Shown here: one piece after another, positions 1-12,532 of the stretch
How positions within the stretch are numbered: the stretch's first letter is position 1
Layout of the letters: each line of letters opens with the position of its first letter
Assembly (NCBI RefSeq): GCF_902713615.1
Contig: NC_052165.1
Coordinates: 15,020,348 to 15,084,347 of the forward strand
Direction: 5' to 3'
Length of the DNA: 64,000 bases
From: Scyliorhinus canicula
Lineage: Eukaryota
Notes under the pieces: model-generated
Seen by the model: only the letters and a program-made list of their open reading frames with translations
Told to the model about the DNA's origin: nothing
The model's database searches: none
Position numbers and translations under genes: made by a program

Positions 1-65
1 TTCCTACTCTGTAAAAAAACATTGCGAAAATTAATTTTATGACATCCAAAACATGGAAAGACAAG

Positions 66-1330
66 GGGCTGGATTCTTCGCACCTCGACCCTGAAATCAT
101 GTTCGGCGCCGAGGTGGAGAATCCAGTTTCGCGCATGGAATCGGGACCGGCGGCGTTTCCTCAATTCTCCGGCGCCCGAAAAGCGGTGTATTCGGGGGGC
201 GGGGGGGGGGGGGTGTACGCTGCACCGCACATCCCCCACCTGCGGCAATTGCTTGAGGCCCGCCCCGCTATTCTCCGCTCCCGACCGTCCGAAGTCTCGA
301 CTGCGTGGATTTAATCTGGTCCTGCCGTTCGGAATACTCATGTGTTCCACGGCCGCCATTTTCGGGGGCGCGCTGATTGGAGGGCAGCGGTGCTTCATAC
401 GAGACTGTGCCTTTACTTTGCGGGCAGTTCAGGTCGGGTGCGTGGCCGATTAGGGGCTCTATTTCTGCGGTACAGCTCCGTGGTCTGAGTCCGCCATGGA
501 GCACGGCGCGGCCGTTAGAGGCTGCCGCAGCCTCTGAGCCGGAAGTGCAGGGAGGCAATATCTGTATCCGGAGCTGCGAGCTTCATGGTCCTGCTAACCC
601 CCTGCAGGGCTATGAATCTGTGGTCTTTTGATGCCAGTTTTTCTCTGCACCTTTAGGGGCCAGGCCCTCACCTTGAGGGGCTAGGCCTGCGCCGGAGTGG
701 TTGGCGCTCCGCCGGCTGGCGTGGACGGCCTTTGGCGCCACCCCAGTCGGGGCCGAAGGGACTTTGCCGGCCGGTGTAAGTCCGCTCATGCGCCGGAGCG
801 TCAGCGGCTGCTGACGTCATCCCCGCGCATGTGCAGTGGAGGGGGGTCAATTCCGCCTCCGCCATGGTGAAGGCGGAAGGCAAAGGCGGAAGGAAAAGAG
901 TGCCCCCACGGCACAGGCCCGCCCGCCGATCAGTGGGCCCCGATTGCGGGCCAGGCCACCATGGGGGCACCCCTCGGGGCCAGATCGCTCCGCGCCCCCC
1001 ACCAGGACCCCGGAACCCGCCAGCGCCACCTGCTCCCGCCGAAAAGGTAGGTGGTTTGACCCACGCCGGCGGGAGAGGGTTGACAGCGGCGGGACTTCGG
1101 CCCATCGCGGGCCGGAGAATCGCCGGGGGGGGTGGGGGGCCCACCAACAGGCGCGGCGCGATTCCCGCCCCCGCTGAATCTCTGGTGGCGGAGAATTCGG
1201 GACACGGCGAGGGCGGGATTGTCACCGGCCCCCGCCGATTCTCCGACCCGGCGGGGGGGGTTGGAGAATCCCGCCCTACACTTTTCACGACGGCGTGGGG
1301 TCATCGTCCCTGAAATGGAGAACCCAGCCC
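66..1330. mobile_element. PIF/Harbinger-type non-autonomous element (outer copy) containing a nested MITE
   Basis: TIRs gggctggattcttc / ggagaacccagccc; 3-bp TSD AAG (63-65, 1331-1333). Confidence 0.75.
645..1276 (-). mobile_element. GC-rich Harbinger-type MITE, nested and truncated at one end
   Basis: Ends in TIR ggagaatcccgccc (1263-1276). Reverse-complement similarity to the copies at 22884 and 45841. Confidence 0.85.
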
Positions 1331-2634
1331 AAGCTCTCTGTCTTGTATTTTTTATATCTCATTGTAACCATCATTTCTTTACCGATTACAGAAATTGCCT
1401 TCATGATAAGAATTTGTGTCAGTTTGTTAATGGCAACATTTACATTGGACGTTCTATATATCAGAACGAGTCTACTGGAAAGGATAAAATCGTTGTGCGC
1501 TGTTCTGATAATTATCTCTAATTCCACCAATGCAGAGTTGATACCAAATAAGGATGTGGCCATTAGCTTTTTCCCTCCGTAAACTGCAAAGTGGAGGGGA
1601 CATGCTGCTCTCTGGAGCAATAGTGCAAAACATTGCTGCAACGGAAATGTTTGTTTTACTTCTGAGTCTCAAAGTGTTTACCTTTCCTTTAACCAGTCCA
1701 AACTGTGCTTCTTTTGAACGTTGTTCATTGACAAGTTTCCTTCTTGTATAAAGCATTTAGATCTTTCAGATGACCTTTTACCAAAGAATTTCCTTGCAGC
1801 CATAAATGGTCTCAACACAGAGAGATGTGTCTGGTTTCTGTGCCAATGAAATCTGACTGTTTCCTAAACTGAATTGCGAGTGCTGTTTGTAAATGACAAC
1901 CAGATGTTTTATACTATACACCGATTGTCATGCCTGTATGTTTTAGGACTTTCGGGGCTCCTTATAAGCCGCCTTGGTCAGAATAATTGACGTTTTTCCT
2001 TGGTCTACCTTGATTGATTGTGTAGTAAACTTTGCTAATGCCTAATTATTAAAGAGCAGGAAGTCTATTTGAAGCCACTTAAAGCTTGTGGCATATTTAC
2101 TGTTTAAAAAAAAGACAAAAAGAAAAAGACCAAAAAAAGACAAATCAACTTTGATTTCAGGAATTCTGGATTAATCTGGAAAAAATATATACTTAATATT
2201 TTTACGGGCCCCTGCCTGTTGGTTTAGGAGCAGTAAAAAAAAAGTTGCATCTGGAGATAATTAGCTGCAGTGTTTTTGTCTACTCAATCCACATACATGT
2301 AAAAATAACAGTTCAACATTTGCGGAAATAAAGAGCAAAACCATCGGCACATTCAGCCAATGTAACTTTATCCTTTCAGGAGACTATTTAACTGCATTGT
2401 GAATGATTTTCTGTTGTGAAACCGTCTTTTTTATCAAAATATGATTTTTGAATTTACTGGCTGGACGTCTAAATAATAAAAAAAAAGTCTGAAGCCACAT
2501 TCCAGTGATTTAGCATCGCAGTCAAATATCGCTGCTTATTTTCATCACTGAACCTTCAGCGTTCCAAAATGATTGAAACGGAGACAAACTGTCTGCAAAG
2601 CCCCACCAGTAACAATGGTCTTGGAACAGGATGG

Positions 2635-2962
2635 ATAGAACCACTACAATGCAGATAGAGGCTATTCAGCCTATCAAGTCTGCATTGACCCTCTGAAAGA
2701 ACACTCTACTTGGACCCACTCCCCGATCCTATCCCCGTAACTCAGTAACCCCACCTTGCCTTTTGGGGAGACTAAGGGGCAATTTAGCATGGCCAATCCA
2801 CCTCACCTGCACATCTTTGGACCTTTGGAGGAAACCGGAGCACCCGGAGAAAACCCACGTAGACACGGGGAGAACGCACAGACAGTCGCCCAAGATCGGA
2901 ATTGAACCTGGGACCCTGGCGCTGTGAGGCAGCAGTGCAAACCACTGTGCCACGGTGCTGCC
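2635..2962 (-). mobile_element. HE1-like V-SINE
   Basis: Reverse complement of tRNA-like head, core gggtttcctccgggtgctccggtttcctcc and CR1-like tail. Confidence 0.85.
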
Positions 2963-3004
2963 TATGGGGCCATCTCCTGTCACATTAACAAGGCAGCCAG
3001 ATAA

Positions 3005-3225
3005 TCACCTGCGTACTCCACTGAGTGGAGAGTAACCTATTAGACATAATCGCTTGGACAGTGTGGGCAGCCCCCAACAGAATATGGACTGTACATGGCC
3101 AACATGGCACCTCAAGACCTGGCTCTGACTGCAGAAACCCTGATCAAACCATGGAGCACATAGTGACATTTTGCCCCCAATCCAAAAGTGAGGTTGACAT
3201 CTTGGACTTACACTTTGCAGGAACA
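3005..3225 (+). mobile_element. Non-LTR retrotransposon C-terminal fragment (CCHC-like region)
   Basis: Translation DCRNPDQTMEHIVTFCP resembles the CxC-x-QTxxHI-x-CP tail of RTE/I-like ORF2 proteins. Confidence 0.5.
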
Positions 3226-3460
3226 TAGTGGCGCAGTAGTGATGTCATTGGCCAAGTGATGAAGAGGCCTAGGCATATGCTCTGAGGACATGAGTTCAAA
3301 TATCGCCTCGGCGGCTGGTGGAATTCTGAATTCTGTGACTCCCTGGAAATTAAAGCTAGTCTCAGTAATAGTGGCAACAACAACTATCATCGTTTGTTGT
3401 AAAATCCTATCTGGTTCATGAATGCCCTTTAGGGAAAGAAAGTTGCCATACTTACCCAGA
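3226..3460 (+). mobile_element. Older tRNA-derived SINE (second family)
   Basis: gtggcgcagt...gagttcaaat A/B-box-like head; a similar copy lies at 39748-40050. Confidence 0.55.
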
Positions 3461-3721
3461 AGAGCACTGGGCTGGCTAGGGAACGTGACATTAAAACTGA
3501 GACGACAGCTTCTGTCTTTAAAGTCATCCAGAAGACGAATAGGATAATGGGACTCTGGCTGAGAGAGGAATTACTTGTCATGATCCAATCAAGGTAATTG
3601 GAATACACGTCACCCATTGATAAACTTTGGCAACAAGTAAAATTTAAAAAAACTGGATCTGAAAAAATGGAAGAAATTACTTCCTGTATTGTAAAAAAAC
3701 AAATTGCTTATTAGTACAGAA

Positions 3722-4090
3722 TTTTAGTATTGCTGAAAAAAGAGACATGTCAAAGTTTTTCATCTTGCACTCATCAGAGCAGAGTCTCAAGAATACTAAA
3801 TCTCAAATGCAACATCAATTTATTCTGCAATGCAAGATGCCAAATTAGTTGGCTGGTGAGCTCCGATTGGTAGAGGCATTGTCAGGGAGAATGCAGCAGG
3901 GAATAGTTAACTGTTTAAATTCAAGCCAGGCAAGGCATGGACATGGTGAATGAACCAGGGAATGGCTGTCGCCCAAGCTTTCGTTTAATTGAAAAAGGCA
4001 CAATGCATGGACCTTTGACCTTCCGGGAGCAAAGACAGCTGGACCTGTGAGGGCCAAATCTACTGGGGCAGGAGGTTGAGTTTGAAACAA
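3722..4090. mobile_element. Probable Penelope-associated terminal fragment
   Basis: agtattgctgaaaaaagaga...tgtcaaag is the reverse complement of 12059-12090, which adjoins the Penelope RT relic. Confidence 0.4.
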
Positions 4091-4179
4091 AAATCCAGGA
4101 GGGACATCACAGGAAATCTATACGTTCATTGATTAGTGTGAAGCTGCTATTCGGGATTGTGTTTAAATATCTCTATAAC

Positions 4180-4529
4180 GGGGCCTCACGGTAGCATGGT
4201 GGTTAGCATCAATGCTTCACAGGGTCCCAGGTTCGATTCCCGGCTGGGTCACTGTCTGTGTGGAGTCTGCACGTCCTCCCTGTGTGTGCGTGGGTTTCCT
4301 CCGGGTGCTCCGGTTTCCTCCCACAGTCCAAAGATGTGCGGGTTAGGTGGATTGGCCATGCTAAATTGCCCGTAGTGTAAGGTTAATGGGGGGATTGTTG
4401 GGTTACGGGTATACGGGTTATGTGGGTTTAAGTATGTTCTATGTTCTAAGTAGGGTGATCATTGCTCGGCACAACATCGAGGGCCGAAGGGCCTGTTCTG
4501 TGCTGTACTGTTCTATGTTCTATGTTCTA
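4180..4529 (+). mobile_element. HE1-like V-SINE
   Basis: tRNA-like head (ggttcgattccc B box), V core, (gttctat)n tail. Confidence 0.9.
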
Positions 4530-6345
4530 TCTTCAACTGGATAAACATATCATTTATGAAGAAATAGCTCCTTAGCTCCTTAGATTTCAGTAAGGAACAT
4601 GACCAATAGGGGATCAAGTCAAAGTGAAATAAGGTAATAAAGTAAACAAAGAAAGATAAAGTTAGTGTTAAGTTACTTGTATTTATTCTATTCATTCTAC
4701 TTGCGATAAGTGTAATAAATAGTTGTTCGAGTTACGGAATGGCAGGTCAGCTCGGCCAAGTAGAGTGTGCATCCTGTGGTATGAATGAAGTTGTAGATGC
4801 ATCGTATGTCCGAGGCAAACACACCTGTAGGAGGTGTCACCAACTGCACAAGCTTGAGCTCCGGGTTTCAGAACCTGAATCATTGTTGTGCATCCACGAA
4901 GCAGGGGATTACGTGGATAGCATGTTTATGGACAGGGTTGCACCGCAGGTGAGAAGTGTACAGCCAGAGAGAAAATGGGTGACCACCAGGCAGCCTAAGA
5001 GAACCAGGCAGGTAGCGCAGGAGGCCCCTGAGTCTATCCCACGTTCTAATCAGTTTTCATTTTGGATGGGTCCTCAGGGAAGCAAAGTCAGAGCCAAGTC
5101 TGTGGCACCACCGGTGGCTCAGCTTGACAGTGGGGGGGAGAAGGATCAAAGCGATAGGGGATTGTGTAGTCAGGGGATCAGATTGGCGTTTCTGTGGTGG
5201 TAAATGTAACTCCAGGATGTTGTGATGCCTCCCTGGTACAAGAGTCAAGGATATTATATAGCGGCTTCAGAACATCCTTGAGGGGAGGGCGATCAGGCAG
5301 ATGTTGTGGTCCACACTGGAGCCAACAACATAGTTAGGAAGAGGGGTGAGGTCCTGAAAGCGGATTTCCGGGCATTAGGAAGAGAATTAAAATCACAAAC
5401 TCAGGAGCGGTAATCTCAGGATTACTCCCTGTTCCACGTGCCAGTGAGCATAAGATTAAGAGGATTGGTCAATTACATACTGGAGAAATGATGTAGCAGG
5501 GAGGGCACCAGATTTCTGAGGCAATGGAGCAGTTCTGGGGCAGGTGGGACCTCTACCAGATGGATGGGTTACATCTTGACAGGACTGGCACTGACATACT
5601 CACAGGGAGATTTGCTAGTGTTGTTGGGGTGGGTTTAAACTAGCTTGTTAGGGCGATGGGAACCTGAGGGGGTGGCCCAAATTGCAAGGAAGATAATTTG
5701 GTGGCAGGAAGTAGTAATGAGACTAGAAGGCTGGAGAAACAAAGCAAAGCATCGAGTTTGCTTCAAAGGTGGAATGATGTCAAAAAAACAAAGTTAAGGG
5801 CGCTCTAGCTGAATGTGCGCACCATTGCGCACGGATGATCTAATGACACAAGTAGAGGTAAATGTGTATGATATAATTGCTATTGCAGAAACATGGCTGG
5901 ACGGTGACCAAGAGTGGGAATTGAACATTCAAGGATATTTGACGTCTGGGCAGAACAGACAAGGAAGGAAAGGTAGTGTAGTTGCATTGATAATAAGCGA
6001 TGGGATCGTGCAGTAGTAAGGGAGGATTTCAGATCAGAAGAACAATGTGTGTTGAATCTGTTTGGATGGAGCTAAGAGTCAGCAAAGGAGAGCAGATATT
6101 GGTTGCAGTTGTTTATTAGCCACCAAATAGTAATGGTAACGTGGGGCATGGTGTTAATCAGGAGATGAGAGAAGTATGTAGCGTGGGCAATAATGTGATC
6201 ATGGGGGGACTTCAATCTGCACATTGACTGGTCAAACCAAGAGAGCACGAATGCTGAGGAAGATGAGTTTCTGGAGTGTGTTAGGGATGAGTTTTGGGAG
6301 AGGTTTGTTGAGGATCCAACTGGAGGATAGGCTATTCTAGATCTA

Positions 6346-6456
6346 GGGTGGGATTCTCCAGCCACGTCCGCCTGGCGACCAGACATTCTCGCCCCATGTC
6401 AATGGACCTTTACATGGTCCGCGTCCTTGAGGCGAGTGGGGCGGAAGATCCAGCCA
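6346..6456. mobile_element. Minimal ~111-bp Harbinger-type MITE inserted in CR1
   Basis: TIRs gggtgggattctcc / ggaagatccagcca; TSD CTA/TTA. Confidence 0.65.
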
Positions 6457-6589
6457 TTAGTGTCATGTGATAAAAACGGGCTAATTAATAATCTAGCTGT
6501 AAAATAAACTTTTGGGATGAGTGACCACAATATGAAAGAATTTTACATTATGCTTGAAAGTGAGAAAGTTCAATCTGAAGCCAAGGTGT

Positions 6590-7700
6590 TATCGTTGACC
6601 GGGTAGTTAACAGTGAGGTTGAGTGTCTTGAGTTACAGGAAGATGTAGACAGGATGGTCAAATGTGCAGATAAGTGGCAGATGGAATTTATTCCTGAAAT
6701 GTGTGAGTTGGTACATTTTGGAAGGAGTAATTTAACAAGGAAGTATACAATGAAAGGTCTGACACTGGGAAGTGCCAAAGAACAAAGAGACCGTGGCGTG
6801 TTTGTCCATAGATCTCCCAAGGCAGAGGGCAGGTTACTAGGGTGGTGAAAAAGGCATATGGGACACTCGCTTTTATCAACTGGGGCATAAATTACAAAAG
6901 CAGGGATGGGGTGGCACGCTGGCACAGTATTTAGCACTGCTGCCTCACGGCGCTGAGGACCCGGGTTCGATCCCGGACCGGGTCACTGTCTGTGTGGAGT
7001 TTGCACATTCTCCCCTTGTCTGCGTGGGTCTCACCCCCACAACCCAAAGATGTGCACGGTAAGTGAATTGGCCACGCCAAATTGCCCCTTAATTGGAAAA
7101 AAATAATTGGGTATTCTAAATTCATTTTTTTTAAAAAGCAGGGTGGTCATGATGGAGCTGTATAGAACTTTGGTGAGGCCACAGCTGGAGTAGTGTGCAA
7201 TTCTGGTCGCCATATTATAGGAAGGATGTAATTCACCAGAATGTTGCCTAGGATGGAACATTTAAGTTATAAAGAGGGGTTGGATAGGCTTGGGTTGTTT
7301 TCTTTGGAGCAAAGAAGACTGAGGGGTGACCTTATTGAGGTGCACAAGATTATGATGGGCATTGACAGGATGGATAGGGAGCAGCTGTTCCCTATAGTTG
7401 AAGGGTCAGTTACGAAGGGACACAAGTTCAAAGTGAGAGGTAGAAGGTATGAGGAAATTTGAGGAAAATTTTTTTTTTACCCAGAAAGTGGTGTCGGTCT
7501 GGAATGTACTGCCTGGGAGGGTGGTGGAGGGAGGATGCCTCACATCCTTTGAAAAGTACCTGGATGAGTACTTGGCACGGCAAGGCTGTGGGCTAACTGT
7601 TGGCAAGTGGTATTAGGTGGACGGGTCAGGGCCTTTCATGCATCGGTACAGACTCGATGGACCGAAGGGCCTCTTCTGCATGTAGTATTCTGTGATTCTG
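6590..7700 (+). mobile_element. 5'-truncated CR1 nested in the older CR1
   Basis: WQMEF...CELVHFGR and LGLFSLEQRRLRGDLIEV motifs; tail gaagggcctcttctgca...gattctg. Confidence 0.85.
6908..7133 (+). mobile_element. V-SINE variant with short A/T tail
   Basis: HE1-like head and core; TSD aaaagcaggg (6896-6905, 7134-7143). Confidence 0.85.
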
Positions 7701-8470
7701 TTGAATTACAGAACTAATGAAGGAATGAGGGCCAAATTAACTGAGGTGGATTGGGAATATACATGAAAAGCTTTGACTGTGAATATGCAATAGGGAGCCT
7801 TCAAAGAACATAGTGGATAGCACCTATACATTCCTTCAAGATGCAAAAACCCCCCAAAAAAGCCAGTCAACTGTGGCTGACAAAGGAAGTTAAGGACTGT
7901 CCAGGACTAAAAGAAAAGGCTTATAAAGTTGCCAGAAATAGTAGTGAACCTGATGATTGGGAGGTTTTTAGAATACAGCAAAGGAAGACCAAGAAACTGC
8001 TAAAGAAAGGGAGAACAGAATATGAATATGAATATAATTAAACGGACTGTAAAAGTTCTATAGGTATTAAGAAAGGAAGCGTTTGGCTAAGACAAATATG
8101 GGCCCATAACAGGCAAAGTCAGGAGAATTCATAATGGGGAATGGAGAAATGGCAGAAAAGATGAATGATTACTTTGTGTCTGTTTTGAGGAAGGAAGATA
8201 CAGAAAATCTCCCAGATGTAGAGATCCAAGCGACTAGGGTGAATGCGGAGTTGAAGGAAATTAATATAAGTAAGAAGGTTGTATTGGAGAAATCAATGCG
8301 ACTGAAAGTTGATAGGTCCCTGGGATCTGATATTATGCATCCCAGAGTGTTGAAAGAGTTTGCTATAGAAAGAGCGGATGCATTGGTGATCATCTGATAA
8401 AATTCTATAGATTCTGGAATGGTTCCTGAAGATTGGAAAGTAGCAATTGTCACCCCACTCTTCAAGAAGC

Positions 8471-8492
8471 GAGAGAGAGAGAGAGAGAGAGA
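8471..8492. repeat. (GA)n microsatellite
   Basis: Direct inspection. Confidence 0.9.
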
Positions 8493-9736
8493 AAACAGGA
8501 AACTACAGACCTATTGGCCTTAAATCAGTCGTGGGGAAAATGCGGGAATTAATTATAAAGGATGTGATAAATAGACACTTAGACAATCATGAATGGGCGT
8601 AATCAGCATGGATTTACAAATTGGAAATCATGTTTGACGAAGTTGTTGGAGGTTTTTGAAGATGATGACATTAACAACATTGCTGAAGGAGAGTCGATGG
8701 ACGTGGCATATTTAGACCTTTAGAAGGCTTTTGATAAAGTCCCCCGCAGGAGGTTAATTAGAAAAATAGGGGCACGTGGGATAGGTGGCAATATATCGGC
8801 TTGGACTGAGGATTGGTTAACAGGCAGAATCCAGAGAGTCGGAATAAACGGGTCATTCTCAGGTTGGCAGACTGTGGCTAGTGCCATACCACAAGGATCA
8901 GCACCTGGGCCCCAGCTGTTCACAACATATATCTTTGATTTGGATGTGGGGGCCAAATTTAATATTTCCAAGTTGGTGGATGATACAAAGCTAGGTGGGA
9001 ATGTGTGTGTTTTGAGGAAGATGTAAAGCGGCTGCAGAGGATTTGGATAGACTTAATGAGTGGGGCAAGAATATGGCACATGGTATATAATGTGGAAAAA
9101 TGTGAGGTTATCCATTTTGGTAGAAGGAACACTTGTGCAGACTATTTCCTAAATTGGAAAGTGCAGATGTACAAAGGGACCTAGATGTTCTTGTCTGTAA
9201 GTCACTGAAGGCAAACATGCAGGTGCAGCAAGCTATTAGGGAGGCAAATGGAACGTTAGCTTTTATCGCAAGAGGATTTGAGTACAGGAGTAGCGAGGTC
9301 TTGCTTCAATTGTATACGAGCTTGGTTAGACTGCACCTGGAGTACTGTGTGCAGCTTTGGTCTCCTTACCTCAGGAAGGATATTATTGCCATAGAGGAAG
9401 AGGGATTGGAAAAACTGGGCCTGTATTCTCTGGAGATTCGAGGAATGATGGGTCCAAGATTTCTGATTAACAATAATGTAAAAGGTTATGGCGATAGTAG
9501 GTGTTAAAGGAATCCAAGTGTCAAATCAGCCATGATTGTGTTAAATGTCGGAACAGGCTTGACGGGCTGAATGGCCTACTCCTGTTCCTATATTCTTTCT
9601 GTTTGCAAAAGGCAGGACCTCATTTGTGAATATATCTCGTACACTGTGAGGCAAACTGCAAACTCGACTGATAATCTTAAACTGGTTGGCACTGTAATTC
9701 TCAGCACAGTCAGGATTGTTTGGCAAGTGTTGTCCA

Positions 9737-10134
9737 AACTTGAGGCTGTTTTCGTTAGAGAGAAGAAGGTTAAGAGGTGACTTAATTGAGGCATACAAGA
9801 TGATCAGAGGATTAGATAGGGTGAACATTGAGTGCCTTTTTCCTTGGATGGTGATGTCCAGCACGAGGGGACATAGCTTTAAATTGAGGGGAGATAGATA
9901 TACGACAGATGTCAGAGGTAGGTTCTTTACTCAGAGAGTAGTAAGGGCATGGAATGCCCTGCCTGCAACAGTAGTGGACTCGCCAACACTAAATGTATTC
10001 AAATGGTCTTTGGATAGGCATATGGACGATAAGGGAATAGTGTAGATGAGCTTTAGAGGGGTTTCACAGGTCGGTGCAACTTCGAGGGCCGAAGGGCCTG
10101 TACTGCGCTGTAATGTTCTATGTTCTATGTTCTA
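9737..10134 (+). mobile_element. CR1 3' fragment (HER1-like tail)
   Basis: LFSLERRRLRGDLIEAYK...FFTQRVVRAWNALP; (gttctat)n tail shared with the SINEs. Confidence 0.9.
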
Positions 10135-10499
10135 TCGTTGAAATATATCTAATATTGGACACCATGTTCTGATTTTGCAAGCACCGACTGGTTGAGTGTC
10201 GTCTGTACTTTGTCTGTTGCCAATGCTGTTTCAAATGCAGTTGTTGGGTCATACAGCTTACATACCTGACATCACACCGGCACTAGAATTCATATATCAT
10301 CACACCCATTTGTGTGGTGGGCAGAACATCTTTTTCGCTTGATAGCAATGTCCTGTAATGGAGAATCCCACTTTTGTTATTGTATAATAGCAGTGTGAAA
10401 TGCCTAGCTTCCCCTGTTGCTCAAACTTCTCAGACACCTTACCCTTCCAGTATAATCTGTGGGAAAATTGGACACCTTTCAGGAACGCAAGTAGCAACT

Positions 10500-12092
10500 T
10501 CAGGCCAATTCATGAGCTTGCGTGATATATAGTGATCTGATCGGGGTAGCCATTATCCCACAGGCTATCTTTGATGCGCCCTATTTCAGCATCAAGCTTG
10601 CCTGCTGAACAAATGGCTCGGCTCCTATTTGCAAAGCTGTCAGTCAGGCCAATCTTATAGCGGGTCCAACTATTGGGATCCCAATGCAAATATCGGTTAG
10701 TCAAAGTTGGCTTGCAGTATTCAACAGCAGAGAACCCATTGGCAGATTTCTCAACCAGCACATTGAAGAAAGGGAGCTCAGTGTGACTGCTCTGTTTCAG
10801 TGACGAATTGGAGCCCAGGTTACCCATTCGGCAGGTGAGGAAATTCTTACATCCAGCTGCAGATTCAAATATAGCAAATGTATCGTCGACGTTTGAAGAA
10901 TCTGCAAGGGGTAAGTGTTAGGAATCATTCCATTGAAGACGTCTTTCTTGTGGAAACTGAAAGAAATATTGGTGAGAGCTGGTTCTGGACAGGTTCCCAT
11001 GGCCGTACCATCTATTTGAGTAAACATGGCATCATTAAAACTGAACTCAACTGCATGCTGAATGCATAAGTTTAACGAATATAGACTCAGACAATGGTGA
11101 GGTATCTAGATTGCAGTGGTGTAGTAATGTGGTGCAAATGTCTATGGCTTCCTTGAGCAGTACATTAGGGAGTGGGCTATCAATGTCAGACAAGCACAGT
11201 AACATGGCATTGCCATTGTTATACAAGTCCTATATGGCCATAGTAAAGGTGAAGAAATCCTTCACCGTTGATGTGAAAATCCTTCTCAGAACTCTTATAG
11301 CAACTCGCTCAACCATTTGGCCAATTCATGTTGTGGTGAACCAGTCCCCTAAGGAGTGCGTTTAGCCTTGTATTCCACGGCGCTCGCAATGCCGAGAAAT
11401 ACATGGCTATTCAACGCAACTAGTGTTGCATAAGGGGCCTGAATGGGGAATGTGAGGCCTAGGCTGCACACAGACCCATTTTGTACAGTGGAGACCTCTG
11501 CCTGCCGGAACTACCCAATGCAGCAAGAGATCACTACCTTGGTAGTGCCAGGCTGGCACCCAGGTGGCACCAGCAGTGCCAGGGCACCACCTTGCCCAAA
11601 GGGCATGCAGCTGGGGGCCTCCGATCCTCTGGAGATCCCCACAAATGCCGTTCCGTCTGGTCCCTGTTTGTGGGGACCAGTGCTGAACGGCGCTGGCCCG
11701 AAGTCTCTGAGGCAAAGGGGATGAATCGCAAAGCCACAGGTATCTCGGGAATGTGCACAATAAAGTGATGCTTACTGCCTCTCTCTAATATGCAGAATTG
11801 CCAAAAGGTGATCTAGCCCATTGTGGGCGGGATTCACATCGCAGCCTCTCGGAAGATCCCGTTGGTAGATCCCGGGAGAGGGGTCGCACGACTTTCAATG
11901 GCAACACTGCACCCCAGCGAGCTGCTTTTCGGGCGCAGCGTGGCCGTTGGATCGCGCCCAGAGTGCAAAGGGACATCACTTTAGTATATCTTGGGCACTC
12001 CATATATACATAGATTGGTATCCTTGTGAAACAGTGCTAATGAGTCGCAGACAAAATGCTTTGACAGCATATCTCTTTTTCAGCAATACTGT
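10500..12092 (-). mobile_element. Decayed Penelope-like element, RT region (interrupted by a MITE)
   Basis: Minus-strand QIDGTAMG (QxxGxxMG) and LPFFNVLV...YCKPT...YLHWD motifs typical of PLE RTs. Confidence 0.75.
11352..11959. mobile_element. Harbinger-type MITE, left end degraded
   Basis: Right TIR ccgttggatcgcgccc, matching the left TIR type gggcacgatctaacgg at 24477. Confidence 0.65.
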
Positions 12093-12532
12093 GAAAACCT
12101 AAACTTGTTTATTAAAAAGTGGATTCACAAATTCACTGCACCAGTAAATGGAAAATAGTTCTTATCCACATCGCACAAGACTTGATTTCAGTCTTGATTT
12201 TGCAACAGAATATTGCTGATATATATTCCAGCCTGTAGCAAAACCATAACTTTGCAGTGTTTGCAACGTTGTTAAACATTTTGCTATTTACAGCGTCATT
12301 CATCTCCAGCTTTTTGCTTTTATTGGTCCGCTGAAATAATGTGGCTAAAAATAAATCCATGTTTATCACTGTACCGAGATGCAAATGTCAGGTGAGAATA
12401 AGTTAGTTAGTAAAAAAATCCTTCTGATCTTCTCAATTCAATCCTGGTTCCTTCCCTTTGCTCAGTGCAACTAGCTTTCCGAACTGCGTTGCTACAGCTA
12501 GTGAGTAAATGATCAGCCTCAAGCAAAATGCT

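Larger units (their letters stand above)
4600..9600 (+). mobile_element. Decayed near-full-length CR1 LINE (ORF1 zinc finger + esterase; ORF2 APE endonuclease + RT)
   Basis: ORF1 at 4739 CASC...CRRC; endonuclease YDIIAIAETWL; RT-region motifs and C-terminal LEYCVQLWSP; CR1 tail near 9565-9598; many stops and frameshifts. Confidence 0.9.

Noticed and set aside
668-1313. Long Pro/Gly/Arg-rich ORFs on both strands here and at 18773-19476, 37525-38464, 45665-46638 and 52414-53371
   Set aside because: They coincide with GC-rich TIR-bounded MITEs. Stop-poor composition explains them, frames are not conserved between copies, and there are no protein motifs.
1947-1990. Possible upstream CPED1 exon (tttag acceptor, PYKPPW resembling LYRPPF)
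   Set aside because: The frame stops after a few codons and no further similarity follows.
4180-4250. tRNA genes at SINE heads
   Set aside because: A/B boxes continue directly into SINE core and tail; these are tRNA-derived SINE heads, not tRNA genes.
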